From Eledone cirrhosa (lineage: Eukaryota), in the NCBI GenBank assembly GCA_964016885.1, contig OZ024740.1, forward strand, positions 385,516,001 to 385,580,000: a DNA stretch of 64,000 bases, given 5' to 3'. This document shows, one piece after another, positions 1 to 12,959 of the stretch. A program made the position numbers and the translations under genes. Within the stretch, counting starts at the first letter, position 1. Every line of letters starts with the position of its first letter. The notes beneath the pieces were generated by a model. It ran no database searches and had not been told where the DNA came from. It saw only the letters and a list, made by a program, of their open reading frames with translations.

Positions 1-1130
<1,130 letters not shown>

Positions 1131-2308
1131 ACTCTTTTACTCTTTTATCTGTTTCAGCCATCCGGCTGAGGCCATTCTGGGGCACCGCCCTTGTTGCTAC
1201 ACATTTTATCTCCAGCCTGTATAGGTTGGCCACTGGTGTAAGAGGGAGTTTCTTGCTGCTGCCCTTAGGTTTCCCTCGTGTCTTGCTGTGGGCTCATCCG
1301 GGATCCTGGATAACAAGGCGTCGAGATGTTTCGTAAAGACATCCACCTCCACGTCATGCAAGTCTCGCAGATGCCTCGGCAGCCTGTTGAAGAGTTGAGG
1401 GGCCTTGAATCCCAGGCTATTGCAATACCTGCTCCTTATTCTAGATGTGGAAGACGGGACCTTTGGCACCACACAGTGACGTCCTGTTTGGCGGTTGGTC
1501 CAGCTCCCAATGCCAAAGTTTGGTGCTAGTACCTCCAGGATTTTCCACATGTAGATCACTGCGTATCTCTCCCGTCTTCGCTCCAAGGAGTAGAGGTTCA
1601 GTTCCTTTAGCCTCTCCCAGTAGCTTGTCTCCCTCATCTTGGCAATCCTCTTGGTGTAGCTTCGCTGGATTGCCTCAAGCTCCGTGGTTAGTTTGACACT
1701 ATGGGGTGACCACAACTGGGAGTAGTAGTCCAGGCGGCTTAGGACAAAAGTCTTCCACAGTATCAACATGGTGTCTCGATCTCTTTTCCGGAAAGTCCTC
1801 AAGATCCAGCCAGCGAGTCGTCCGCACATTGTCGCCACTTTCATGATGTGTGAAGAAAAAGATGCATGATCGCTCATGTCTATGCCCAGGTCTCGCATCG
1901 ATCCTGACACGGGGATATCGGTCCTTCCTGGTCCTGTGTAGCTGTGTTCCACTATATTTGTGTTTGCAGGTTTGTATTGTAGGGCTTGGAATTTGCCAGC
2001 ATTAAACTGCATGTTTTCTTCCGCCCATCTGTATATGGCATCCAGATCCTGCTGTAAGAGGGCAGCGTCAGCCGGGTTTTTGATTGCCTGTGCTACCTTA
2101 GTGTCATCAGCATAGCTAGTGAGGGATGTTGTTGCATGCACCACAGAGGGCATGTCCGAGAGAGCCACCAAAAACAGTAGTGGTCCCAGGACTGTCCCCT
2201 GGGGCACCCCCACTTGTTATCGGTGTTTCCCCTCGAGAGGGCCCCATTTGCTGCGACTGCCTGGCTTCTGTCCCTTAGGAAGCCATGCAGCCACTCACCT
2301 ACTTTTCC
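1131..2308 (-). mobile_element. 5'-truncated CR1/L2-group LINE (RT C-terminal half and 3' tail)
   Basis: ORF 1206..2213 has [24 protein letters not shown] and [11 protein letters not shown] motifs. Upstream RT-like sequence (GKVGEWLHGFLRDRSQAV) lies beyond a frameshift near 2230. The 3' end has a stem-loop TCAGCC-GGAT-GGCTGA followed by TAAAAGAG repeats. Confidence 0.9.
1206..2213 (-). CDS. LINE reverse transcriptase fragment, CR1/L2 group (partial, no true start)
   Basis: 335-aa open frame with the QG and YADD RT motifs and a thumb region. Confidence 0.8.
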   Translation of the reverse strand: MGVPQGTVLGPLLFLVALSDMPSVVHATTSLTSYADDTKVAQAIKNPADAALLQQDLDAIYRWAEENMQFNAGKFQALQYKPANTNIVEHSYTGPGRTDIPVSGSMRDLGIDMSDHASFSSHIMKVATMCGRLAGWILRTFRKRDRDTMLILWKTFVLSRLDYYSQLWSPHSVKLTTELEAIQRSYTKRIAKMRETSYWERLKELNLYSLERRRERYAVIYMWKILEVLAPNFGIGSWTNRQTGRHCVVPKVPSSTSRIRSRYCNSLGFKAPQLFNRLPRHLRDLHDVEVDVFTKHLDALLSRIPDEPTARHEGNLRAAARNSLLHQWPTYTGWR

Positions 2309-2357
2309 ATATATATGTATATATGTTTATATATATATGTATAATAATATATATGCA

Positions 2358-4138
2358 CGGTCACGGAAAGAGTAATAGCGCAACTAATCAGAGAGAGAAT
2401 TGACCTAGATGAAATGCAGTTCGGGTTTGTGTCAGGCAAAAGTACCACAGACGCTCTTTTCATAGTACGACAACTACAAGAGAAGTACCTAGCTAAAGGT
2501 AAACCCCTCTACTTAGCTTTTGTCGACTTGGAGAAAGCCTTCGACAGAGTCCCCCGCTCCATTATCTGGTGGGCTCTTAGAAAACTAGGCGTTGACGAAT
2601 GGCTTGTGAGGGCTATACAAGCCATGTATAAAGAAACAGTCAGCAAGGTTAGAATTAACAACGAATATAGTGAAGAGTTTAGCGTAAAAGTCGGCGTCCA
2701 TCAGGGCTCTGTTCTCAGTCCACTACTATTTATTATTGCCCTTCAGGCCATAACAGAGGAGTTCAAGACAGGCTGCCCATGGGAACTCCTATACGCAGAC
2801 GACCTGACACTCATAGCGGAATCAATGGCCGAGCTAGAGAAGAAATTCCAAACATGGAAGCACGGCCTAGAGTCAAAAGGACTTAAAATTAACCTGGCTA
2901 AGACCAAAGTACTAGTTTGTAGGAAAGAAAACAAGGCGGCGGTCCCTTCTGGGAAATGGTCGTGCTCGGTGTGTAGGAAAGGCGTAGGTAGAAACTCCAT
3001 TTTATGTCCTAAATGCAAAGTATGGGTGCATAAAAGATGTAGTGGGATCACAGGTAGGCTAACTAAGAACATAGATTTTACATGCGGCCGGTGCTCTGGT
3101 GCAATAAGTAGCAGCAAGTGCCCACAAACTACTAGCTCTTTCAATTGCGCAGAGGGTTCTATAGAAATAGTGGACAGCTTCCGTTACCTGGGCGATAAAA
3201 TCAGCAGTGGGGGAGGGTGCTCTGAAAGTACTGTAGCTAGAGTCAGAACTGGTTGGAAAAAGTTCAGAGAGCTTATACCACTATTAGCTGCTAAAGGGTT
3301 CTCACTAAAAATGAAAGGCAGGTTGTACGATGCCTGCATACGAACAGCAATGCTGCATGGCAGTGAGACCTGGGCATTGTGTGCAGAGGATATACGCAGA
3401 CTAGAGAGGAACGAAGCTTGCATGCTCCGCTGGATGTGTAACAGTAATATACGTGAACGGCAAAGCATAAACGAACTAAGGAATAAATTAGAGATAAGAG
3501 GGATCAGATGTTGTTTACTCGAGAGAAGGCTACGTTGGTATGGACACGTGATGCGCATGAAAGTCGATAGCTGTATAACAAAGTGCAGGGCAATAAAGAT
3601 AGACGGTAGTCACGGAATAGGCAGACCTAGAAAAACCTGGGACGAGCTGATAAACTCCGACATCACACACTTACACCTCTCCAAGACAATGTCACTGGAC
3701 CGAGACCTTTGGCGGTACTCAGTAACAGAGAAGACCCGCCTTACCTAAATATATAGTAAAACCTACTCCAGCCAGTAGGCATCTCTAACAAATACACCCC
3801 GTCCCACCACCCCCACCCGATCCACACCACCCCGTTCTATGTAAAGTTATGTTGGTGCCGCGCCATCGAGGCCGAAACAAATGAGATCGTGTAGGTGTCA
3901 CGACAAAAAAACACACAGTCCACGCTGTAATGTGGCCGTGTAGGCAACACGGTAAAAACCTCCCAGACCCACACTGTAAATGTGGTTGGTGTTAGGAAGG
4001 GCATCCAACTGTAGAAAACCTGCCAGACAGTCCTATGCGAGCAAGACAATCACTCTTGCCTCAAGTGGGACTACCCCCGTCCAAACCCATGCAAGCGTGG
4101 AACACGGACGTTAAACGTTGATGATGATGATGATGATG
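2358..4138 (+). mobile_element. 5'-truncated RTE-clade LINE with RT-embedded PHD finger and (GAT)n tail
   Basis: Frame open from 2360 (VTERVIAQLIRERIDLDEMQFGF) to 3748, with motifs AFVDLEKAFDRVPR, GVHQGSVLSPLLF, LYADD, LHGSETW, RLRWYGHV and GRPRKTW. Tail ccaaacccatgcaagcgtggaacacggacgttaaac-(GAT)n. Putative TSD ATGCA at 2353-2357 and 4139-4143. Confidence 0.95.
2360..3748 (+). CDS. RTE ORF C-terminal part (RT + PHD finger + thumb), partial
   Basis: 444-aa ORF from 2414 plus 18 in-frame upstream codons with no stops; C4HC3 motif at 2963..3094. Confidence 0.88.
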   Translation, partial: VTERVIAQLIRERIDLDEMQFGFVSGKSTTDALFIVRQLQEKYLAKGKPLYLAFVDLEKAFDRVPRSIIWWALRKLGVDEWLVRAIQAMYKETVSKVRINNEYSEEFSVKVGVHQGSVLSPLLFIIALQAITEEFKTGCPWELLYADDLTLIAESMAELEKKFQTWKHGLESKGLKINLAKTKVLVCRKENKAAVPSGKWSCSVCRKGVGRNSILCPKCKVWVHKRCSGITGRLTKNIDFTCGRCSGAISSSKCPQTTSSFNCAEGSIEIVDSFRYLGDKISSGGGCSESTVARVRTGWKKFRELIPLLAAKGFSLKMKGRLYDACIRTAMLHGSETWALCAEDIRRLERNEACMLRWMCNSNIRERQSINELRNKLEIRGIRCCLLERRLRWYGHVMRMKVDSCITKCRAIKIDGSHGIGRPRKTWDELINSDITHLHLSKTMSLDRDLWRYSVTEKTRLT

Positions 4139-4413
4139 ATGCAGTAAGAAACACAGTAAACCGTGTGTCTAATATTACAAGGGTTGAAAAACCACATTTG
4201 TTTGAAATATTTAACCAATCAGGGCGAAACAGATTAGGGATAATCTGTCCGAGAGATATAATTGTTATTGAGGCGGTTTGTATAATATAATTTTATTTTA
4301 TCATTCTGTCTGCTTCATGGTTAAATATTTCAAACAAATGTGGTTTTTCAACCCTTGTAATATTAGACATACGGTTTACTGTGTTTCTTACTGCATATAT
4401 ATTATTATTATAC
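4139..4413. repeat. Inverted repeat (about 79-bp arms, 100-bp spacer); likely Penelope-like element end
   Basis: 4139..4217 is the near-exact reverse complement of 4318..4396. The left arm continues at 2339..2357 on the other side of the RTE insertion. Confidence 0.85.
4226..4255 (+). ncRNA. 3' half of a hammerhead-ribozyme-like motif
   Basis: GAAA-C-AGATTA-ggga-TAATCT-G-TC forms a perfect stem III ending in a GUC triplet. The CUGANGA half is absent at the inversion junction. Confidence 0.5.
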
Positions 4414-4483
4414 GGCTCAGTATTTTATACTTAGAGCTTAATAATTACAGGGTTTCAATTGGAGTTATTAACTCTAATTTTTA

Positions 4484-4611
4484 TTTATATATATGTATAT
4501 ATGTTTATATATATATGTATATATGTTTATATATGTATATATGTTTATATATATATGTATATATGTTTATATATATATGTATATATGTTTATATGTATAT
4601 GTATATATGTT

Positions 4612-4644
<33 letters not shown>

Positions 4645-4781
4645 GTTTATATATATATATGTATATATGTTTATATATATATGTATATATGTTTATATAT
4701 ATATGTATATATGTTTATATATATATATATGTATATATGTTTATATATATATATGTATATATGTTTATATGTATATATGTT

Positions 4782-4812
<31 letters not shown>

Positions 4813-4851
4813 GTATGTATATATATATATGTATATATATATATATGTATG

Positions 4852-4882
<31 letters not shown>

Positions 4883-4909
4883 GTATGTGTATATATATAT
4901 ATATGTATG

Positions 4910-4940
<31 letters not shown>

Positions 4941-4985
4941 GTATGTGTATATATATATATATGTATGTATATATATATATATGTT

Positions 4986-5016
<31 letters not shown>

Positions 5017-5460
5017 GTTTATATATATATATATGTTTATATATATATATATGTATATATGTTTATATGTATATATGTTTGTATATGTATATGTATATAT
5101 GTATATATGTTTATATACATAGATGTATATGTATATATGTATATATGTATATGTATATATATATATGTATATATATATGTATGTATGTATATATATATAT
5201 GTATGTATATATGTTTATATATATATGTTTATATATATATTATGTATGTATGTATAAATGTATATATGTGTATATATATATATAAATGTATATATATGTA
5301 TATATATAGAAATGTATATATATGTATATATATATAAATGTATATATATGTATATATATATAAATGTATATATTTGTGTGTGTGCCCACATGTGAAAGTA
5401 TGTGTATTCTAAATTATGGTGACAAACACACTCACACACACATATATATATATATATATA
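4484..5460. repeat. (TA)n-derived compound microsatellite array
   Basis: TA repeat with atgtat, atgttt and ataaat units, ending in short TG/CA/TA tracts. Confidence 0.97.
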
Positions 5461-6566
5461 ATTTCATCTTGACCTGTTAGGAGTCCCATGAGGAAGCTTC
5501 ATTCACTATTTATTCATACTATACAAGACAAGATGAGAAGAAGTTTGTGACTTCCTTGACATGCTGCTTATCATTAGCAAACTAATCAGAGCTGATGTAT
5601 TTTTTGGCTCTAAAGAGGAATCCTAGACTTTGAGGCACAAAACTTCTTTGGAAGTGGAAGAGGTCTTCTGTTTGAGTATTCTCAAGAGTAAATAGCAACA
5701 GATAAACTTTATCTGGTGGAGACTAGAAACACCTCAGAATTTACTGAATTTAACTCTTTGGCCAATACCTTATGTATACACATATTTATGCACTCATACA
5801 TTCTTGCATTAACAGACAGAGAATATTTTACAATGATTCAAAAGTTTGTATGGATTTTTGCAAACAAAATTATGTAATTTCCTGTTATATCTTACTCTAC
5901 ATGCAAATGCTCCCCCAAAATGTAAGACATTTTTAAGCAAATAGAGTATTTTTAGCTGGCTTCCATTTTAACACTGCAGTTTAAATAACATTTAGTCTGT
6001 TCTAGATGACTGCTCTCTGTGAATGAAATAAGATTGGGAATTAACACAATAGACGGTTATGACCTAATTGAGATCTTTTGTAAAAAATTTTTATTTATTT
6101 TATATTATTAAATATTGTTCACAACAATACATTCATGTGAAACTTAATTCTAAAGATACATGCATCCCTAATAAGGATACCAACATATGTATTTAAGAAA
6201 ACACTAGAGCAGTTTTGTAGGAATACATGCCTAATGAGGACCACTATGCTCCAAGATATGTAGTTACATATCCTATCTATGAATATTTGATTACACATAT
6301 TTCACTGAAAAGTAAATATCTGCCAATGTCTCCTGATACTTCCTGTCAGTTTTAATCAATGACCTCACATATTTCTCACCACAAATATTGAATGTTGTTT
6401 TTCTTTCAATCTCCTGTGAATAAAAACACTTCTAATATATCTCGATTTGTGGCACTCCTTGTTATATTTGTTTTAAAACTTTTTAAAATGTCATGGTCAA
6501 ATGTTCATATCAATAAGAGAACTTTACCCTAGGTCAGTGTTGTAGATATGACAATCTTATGCCAGA

Positions 6567-7144
6567 CTAGCAGTGGTACCCGGCGTTGCACGGGATAAGG
6601 TATTGTGAAATATATAACTGCCTTAGCTAATCTTAGTATTGCCAAAACCATGGCTGGCAAAGAAGTAAGGGTCTGGTAGTACATAAATAAGCAACACTGT
6701 GGCTTAAAATGTGAGGAAGAAGTTGTGTGCACTGACCAACTTTTTGGGGAATGAGTGTGAGATTTGTCTTGAGCAAGGGTGGCAGAATAATCGGATGCAG
6801 CAGACAGCCAGACATACAGACAGATATTATAAGGGCACATTTTGAATACAGAGGGAAATGTAGGAAGTGACGTAAGGCAGACAACCTGACATACAGACAG
6901 ATATTATAAGGGTGCGACGTTATATGTATGTATCTAAAAAGAGAAAGACTAAGAATTATAGAGAGAGATCGCCTAATGCAATCCCTAAGGCATTGAAAAT
7001 TTGAAATTTCTTTTGCTCAGAACACTCCCTGAAACATAAGTATTACATGTGTAAAGTTTGAAAATAGTTGGTTGTGTGCTTCTTGAGTTTTAGGGATTCA
7101 AACTCACACACACAGACAGACATCCTCAGTTTTATATATATAGA
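6567..7144 (-). mobile_element. Non-autonomous Helitron
   Basis: Minus strand starts A|TCTATATATATAAAACTGAGGATGTCTGTCTG and ends with hairpin CCCGTGCAACGCCGGG, 8 nt, CTAG|T. Inserted between A and T without a TSD. Confidence 0.85.
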
Positions 7145-7179
7145 TTAAAAAGGCTTTATTATAGTTTGTATGGTTAAGG

Positions 7180-7380
7180 TTCTTTATTTTTCCCCAAATC
7201 ATCCCTGATCCAGTGGATCTATGCTCAATGCCTTTGAGTCAAAGGCATTCTATCTATGATCATTTCATATTTTGTTGAAACATATTGTATCTAGGACTAT
7301 ATTAAGATGGTATAGTTTTATATGAGAGATTTTGCTGCCATTTCTAGCATGCTGAATAGCTATGTAGAAGCTCTGTAGTT
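7180..7380 (+). repeat. Copy of an old dispersed repeat (ctaggactacatta...gagatttggctgctatttctag...gtagaggctcc)
   Basis: Related degenerate copies near 22350-22470, 28255-28470 (-), 55965-56130, 59390-59470 and 61135-61510. Confidence 0.55.
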
Positions 7381-7639
7381 GGCTCAAATATCTATTTTAA
7401 TAGGTTAAGAAGCTAAGCTGATCATTACAGAACTTGAAGAAAGAAATATAAGATAGTCATTTAACAAGTGCATCATTACCAATAGCTCATATATGTAGTA
7501 TGTTGAGTTTATATTTGCTATTGAATTAAATATCCCTGTGGTGGCCATAACTTCCTTGTTGTGTACATTAACTTTGCAATTACGATTTAAAGATTTTATA
7601 TAAAAAATCCAATCATCATCATAATTTCAAATTCAAATT

Positions 7640-8330
7640 TTTATTTGTATACTGGCAATGGTTGCATAGATTTGTGTTGCAGAATATCACTATTATTCTT
7701 AACCCAATCTCATCTTTTCTATAAAGACAATCATTCTGAAACCTGACCTCATCAGATCTTCTCATGTCTTCTCTGACACTTAGCAAATGGCACATTTTCA
7801 CCCCATACTTAATATATATTTGCATCACCTCTCCATAATTGTTTCAATATCTTGCCTAAATCAGTTGATACCTTTAGAGCTTAACAACTTTCTAATCTCT
7901 TTTAAGCTTTTCATTTCATGTAATAAAATGCAATAAAATCATATATAATCAATTTCTGACCATCCTCTATAAACCTTTTGTATCCTGTATCCAGTGCCTG
8001 AGTTTCATTTTGATGCAGTGTTACATGCTTTACAAGTGCTGCATACAGCCTATATTTTGCATTGAGAAGAGTAAGTCTTGTTACTCACAAAGAAAACAGC
8101 TTTTCAAATATATTATTCTTTCTTACTCTAACTACTATGTATTCACTACAACAATCTTCAGTACTAATTAGGCCATTTGCATAATGCAAATTATCTGCTA
8201 CATTTAATGAGCTGTCAGAACTTCATGAAATTCTTTTCATCAATAACTCTCCTAATAACTGCATCTAAATACTTGTGTCTATGTCAATTTCTGAAAATAT
8301 CCTTGTACATCTTTTCTGTGTACATTTTTA
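7640..8330 (-). mobile_element. Highly decayed RTE fragment
   Basis: Minus-strand RLYAALVKHVTLHQNETQAL aligns by eye with RLYDACIRTAMLHGSETWAL of the 2358 copy. Confidence 0.6.
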
Positions 8331-9429
8331 TCTCTCATTGCATTCCTACCTAGCCCCTTTCTATTTCCTATGTCATAAGAATTTTATGTTCAGAATATAT
8401 TTTTCTCCCCTTCAAATGATTCTGCAAGAGGAACCAGGTTATTAACACATACAGCTTCAGTGATAACTATTGCTGGACTATATTTTCATTGCTTCAAGAA
8501 TTATCGATAGAAGGTGAAAATCTTGAGCATATTGTGAATATGAAAACGACATTAAATTGTCTCGCTGAACTTGGTGTCAATCTTAACCTTTCAGAGCACT
8601 TTCAAACATTGCTTTAAACATCTCAGAAAACATGTATCTGCACCTAGATTCCTTAGTAACCATCTGACAATAAAACACAGGGACAAGACTAGAAATCATA
8701 GAATTCAAAGTTGTTCTTCGCTAAGCATTTTCTTTGCAGTTCTTTAGCCAAAAGTATAGCCACTGTGGTTTCGTGCCCTAGAAATAAAAAGTAGAGATAA
8801 CTCTATTTTGGGAAGCAGTTAAATCAACTGGATGAAGTGCAGTATAACACTGGCACTTATTATATTAGTTCAGGATGGCTGAAAGGTCAAACTGAAGATA
8901 CAAGAATTTGAATGCAGAATGCAAGAGTAATGGACTAAATACTATAACAGATTTAGACACACAAATTCTGCTTACTATGATTTCTGTTAAGCCCACCCCA
9001 TGTAAGAAATGAATATTCATTACACACATAACCTTACATGCAATCACACACATGCACACATATGCATGCACAGATTTTACTATCCATATTGAAGGAAGAT
9101 GCTAGTGTTAAAATGCTACAGCTTCTCTGAAATATAACTGTATTTCAGTTGAAAATTGATTGGCTTTCATTGAAGTTAAGAGAGAAAGTCGTCAAGTTCA
9201 TGTCATACATTTTCCTTTCACCACAGGTCAGTGGTCATTACTGTCATCATTTATTTATTTATAAGTCAACTGTGTCATTTTGACATGGATTCTCTTACAC
9301 ATTAGAGAATGTCATCTTTTGAGTGCATTATATGCAAAAGCTAGTTTATTAAGTACGTTAATCTAATAATATTGGGTTGGAAACTATTTTATTCTTTCTG
9401 TTTTCACAACCGAGGCATGGGTTTTGAAA

Positions 9430-9655
9430 CTGTGTGTGTACGTGTGTGCATGCATGCATGCACGTTTATATGTATATATGTCTCCCTCTCTCCCCCTATC
9501 TCTCTATATATATGTACGTACACACATATACATACATATATATACATATACATATACATATATATATACATATATATATATATACATACACATACATATA
9601 TATAGATACATATATATATACACACACGCACGCATGCACATGTGTGTGTGTGTGT
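9430..9655. repeat. Compound TG/TA/CA microsatellite
   Basis: Direct inspection. Confidence 0.9.
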
Positions 9656-10569
9656 ACCACAGGGATGTTGATCTGTCTAATATGTTTATGTGATGCAGTC
9701 ATGGAATTGCTGCATAATGGATAACAGCATGTTCAATGATGCAAACAGCCTGTACAACCACATTTCAAACCTGTTTTATTTTGATGTGCTTTTGCTGAGC
9801 CATACGGCGCCTGCTTAATCAACTGGCCATTAAGGTTATAGCAGCCTTTTAACTACATTTTGAAAGTCACCCACTCCCTTTCTGGAAATTTAAAGTACAT
9901 TACAATAACTTCCAAATGTAAAACTTTCATCATGATAAAGTTCATTGTTGTCATCATCAGGGTATGAAATTACATTTGGACACTGTTTTGATTGATGTCC
10001 TACTTAATTTAATGCTAGAACATTTTGGCTGGACGATGTCCAGCCAAAATACATTTACAAAGCCCTTTATTGTCAAAATTCTGAGTTACTTCAGCAATGC
10101 GGTACATAAATATATGAAATAGTCAATTTAATTGTTTATCCTTTGTTCCTCATAGAAAAATATACCTGTGTTGAGAAAAGAAATTATTGTTATTAGAGCA
10201 GTAAAGGTGATCTGGCCTATATTATATCAAACTGAATGCATTACAGTATTATGTTGTCTCTCTTCATATTGTACTAGATAAAGATACTTCCAGGTTTACT
10301 TTTATCTTTCATCATTTCAAAGTGGAATAAAATCAGTGCCAGACAATACAATTGATAACACATCACTCTTATTAATATTGTTAGCATCACTGAATGTTGA
10401 AGCAAATGGACGTCACTATCAGAGCTACTGGGGAAAAATTACTCTGTTTAGGTAATGAAAAAAGTTGTCTTATGTGTCTTTTTCACCAACAAAGAGCTAT
10501 GGAATATTTAAATATCCACCCCTTTACAAGGAGTGGAAAATTAGATACTTCTACTTCTTTGGGATTCTT

Positions 10570-11370
10570 CAAGCCCCTTCCACTCTTTTTCTGATCAAAA
10601 CTCCTCTTGTAACACATCTGATTGCCTATATGTATTCATCTATGTTGTCCCCATCCCCACCATTTTCAATTTCTTCTGTCTGTCTCTTTAATCCACTCTG
10701 TGGACATTTTCAGCTAACTCTTTTCTTCTGTTCTGCCCAGCTCCACTTTATTTTTTCCCCCAAGTACATCTCTAACTCCTGTATTCCTTCTCATATTTTC
10801 TTATCTAATTTTAAGTTTCAATGTGATACACAACATTATTCTTTCTCTAGCTTATTGCATTCTTCTGAGTTTCTTTTTCATCTTCTGGTTTACTTTCCAC
10901 ATTTTGCTCCCATATACTGCTGCGTTCATATAGCAAGGAGCCAGGCAGGGAGACTCCATTAGTCCCAAGATCTTCACCAGCGCACTGCAAAAAATAGTCA
11001 AGAAAATTGACTAGGAGCAAGGTGGAATAATGATAGATAGAAAGCACTTAGATCTAATGTTTGCAAATGACATAGCAATCACTACAAATAGAGTTAGAGA
11101 ATTAGAACAACTATATCAAATATAGGGTAAGTAAATATGGGAAATTGAACATGACCAAGAGAAAGACCATATATAAGACAAATGGCAACACATGGGAAGA
11201 AATAAGGAGTAATAGAAAAAGTAGTAACCAAATGGTTATCATGTCAGATACAGAAGAGTTGAGAATAAGTATGATAGCAGAAAGGAACTGTTTCAGAAGG
11301 TACAGTAATATATTTTGCAACAAATTAGACACATCTTTTGACAGATTATTATATACATATATTTTAACAA
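10570..11370. mobile_element. Decayed RTE-type LINE with an internal inversion
   Basis: Plus strand 10930..11370 reads GARQGDSISPKIF...MFANDIA...FRRYSNIFCNKL. Minus strand 10930..10570 reads AVYGSKMWKVNQKMKKKLRRMQ...RRNTGVRDV. Confidence 0.65.
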
Positions 11371-11836
11371 ATATCCATTTAGCTTTGTTTCTTATTGGTG
11401 CAATCTGACCACCTCTTTACAAGATAGGGGATAGGCAGTTAAAAAAAAGCCCCCTCCACTTCAAAACAAAATACCCAGATGCAATTAGAGGTTAACTCCA
11501 GGCAAAATATTGTGCCTCCTTATCCAAAGAATTTACCCAAGAAAAGGTAAGGAGGAAAGTGACATACTTGGGATATTTTAAATCAATGGTGTTTCCACAT
11601 GCTCTCCTAATGTGTGGGAAGATGTCTCTCACAGCTAGAGAAATAGCTATTAACCCGTTAGCATTTAAATCTGCCATATCCTGCCAGAATTCTCTCAACT
11701 TTTTCTGTTCAAACCAACCATAACCAGCTGCTCATATTTATGTTAAGGTATTGTCTCAAAATAAATATCAAAATCTCGTTGATTCGATATTATGTGAGAT
11801 ATAGTGTTAACCATGAATATACAGTTGTATATATAG

Positions 11837-12029
11837 AATAATTGTTTCTACTTTTGGCACAAGGCCAGCAATTATCTCAGTACATTACTGGTACTTTATT
11901 TTATTGACCACGTAAGGATGAAAGGCAAAGTTAACCTCGGCGGGATTTGAACTCAAATCATAAAGGGCCATAATTCTTTGCTGCTAAGTTGGTGTTCGAC
12001 TCTCTACCGATACTGCCAATCCACCGCCC
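11837..12029 (-). mobile_element. tRNA-derived SINE (Meta-domain-like family)
   Basis: Sense strand has A-box-like TGGCAGTATCGG, B-box GAGTTCAAATCC, central CTTTGCCTTTCATCCTTAC block and tail AGAAACAATTATT. Confidence 0.88.
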
Positions 12030-12431
12030 TTTGTATATCTAAACTATAATAAAGTAAGAAGCGCGGAACTGCGTACGGTTTATAATTTTTTATCCCCTTA
12101 GTAAAATAAGTTGGATTACTTTGAATAAATAATGAATGAATATTACATAATTTATCTATTAAATTTCGTGGCTGTTGATTAAGTATACTTTATTACTTAT
12201 TTAAAGATTCACTTCTTTAAAATTTTCAAATGTCAACACTTCCGGTTAGCGATCGTTTAAATAAATATTCATATATTTCTGTCACTAATTTTCTCCTAAT
12301 GCAGTTTATATATAATATCAGCTATTTTTAATGTATCATGGATTACGTTACTGATTACATAAAACAGTCTTCATTCAATTTCTGTGTATATTGTCAATTA
12401 TGGTTTTATTTGATGTATCATATCTACATGT

Positions 12432-12491
12432 ATTATTTTATACTAGCAGAAAACCACCCGAAGGGTGGTTTTTCTGCTAGTATAAAATAAT
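12432..12491. repeat. Near-perfect palindrome (28/29-bp arms, GAA loop) resembling a doubled Helitron 3' end
   Basis: attattttatactagcagaaaaccaccc-gaa-gggtggtttttctgctagtataaaataat. Confidence 0.85.
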
Positions 12492-12674
12492 TGTTTCTAC
12501 TTTTGGCACAAGGCCACCAATTATCCCAGTGTATTACTGGTACTTTATTTTATCGACCCCGTAAGGATGAAGGGCAAAGTTAACCTTGGCGGGATTTGAA
12601 CTCAGACCATAAAGGGCCGTAACTCTGTGCTGCAAGGCATGGTGTCTGACCCTCTATCGATACTGCCAATCCAC
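12492..12674 (-). mobile_element. tRNA-derived SINE (same family)
   Basis: Family consensus; flanked by AAAATAAT direct repeats. Confidence 0.9.
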
Positions 12675-12959
12675 AAAATAATGTAAATGCTAAAGAGTTA
12701 ATGTAGACCCTTGGCTCATGGTCCCACATAAAAAAAGAACAAAAGATAAAATAATACAAAAAGCTAATGTCAACCATGTGAACCATAGAATTAACATAAC
12801 ATAAACCAATCACTTCATTTCCAGCTGCATAGTTCCTTTTAATTTAATATTTCCTTTTTACCTTTTCTGTTTTCTATTTACTTAAACATTACACACACAC
12901 AGCCTTCACACGTATACACACATATGTATTTTTTTTTCACAATTTATTATACTTTGTTC

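Noticed and set aside
2743-3558. Antisense ORFs over the RTE (also 30301-31147)
   Set aside because: Shadow frames of the RT coding strand.
6360-6540. pogo/Tigger-like DDE remnant
   Set aside because: One weak motif (DHDILKSFK) and no TIRs found.
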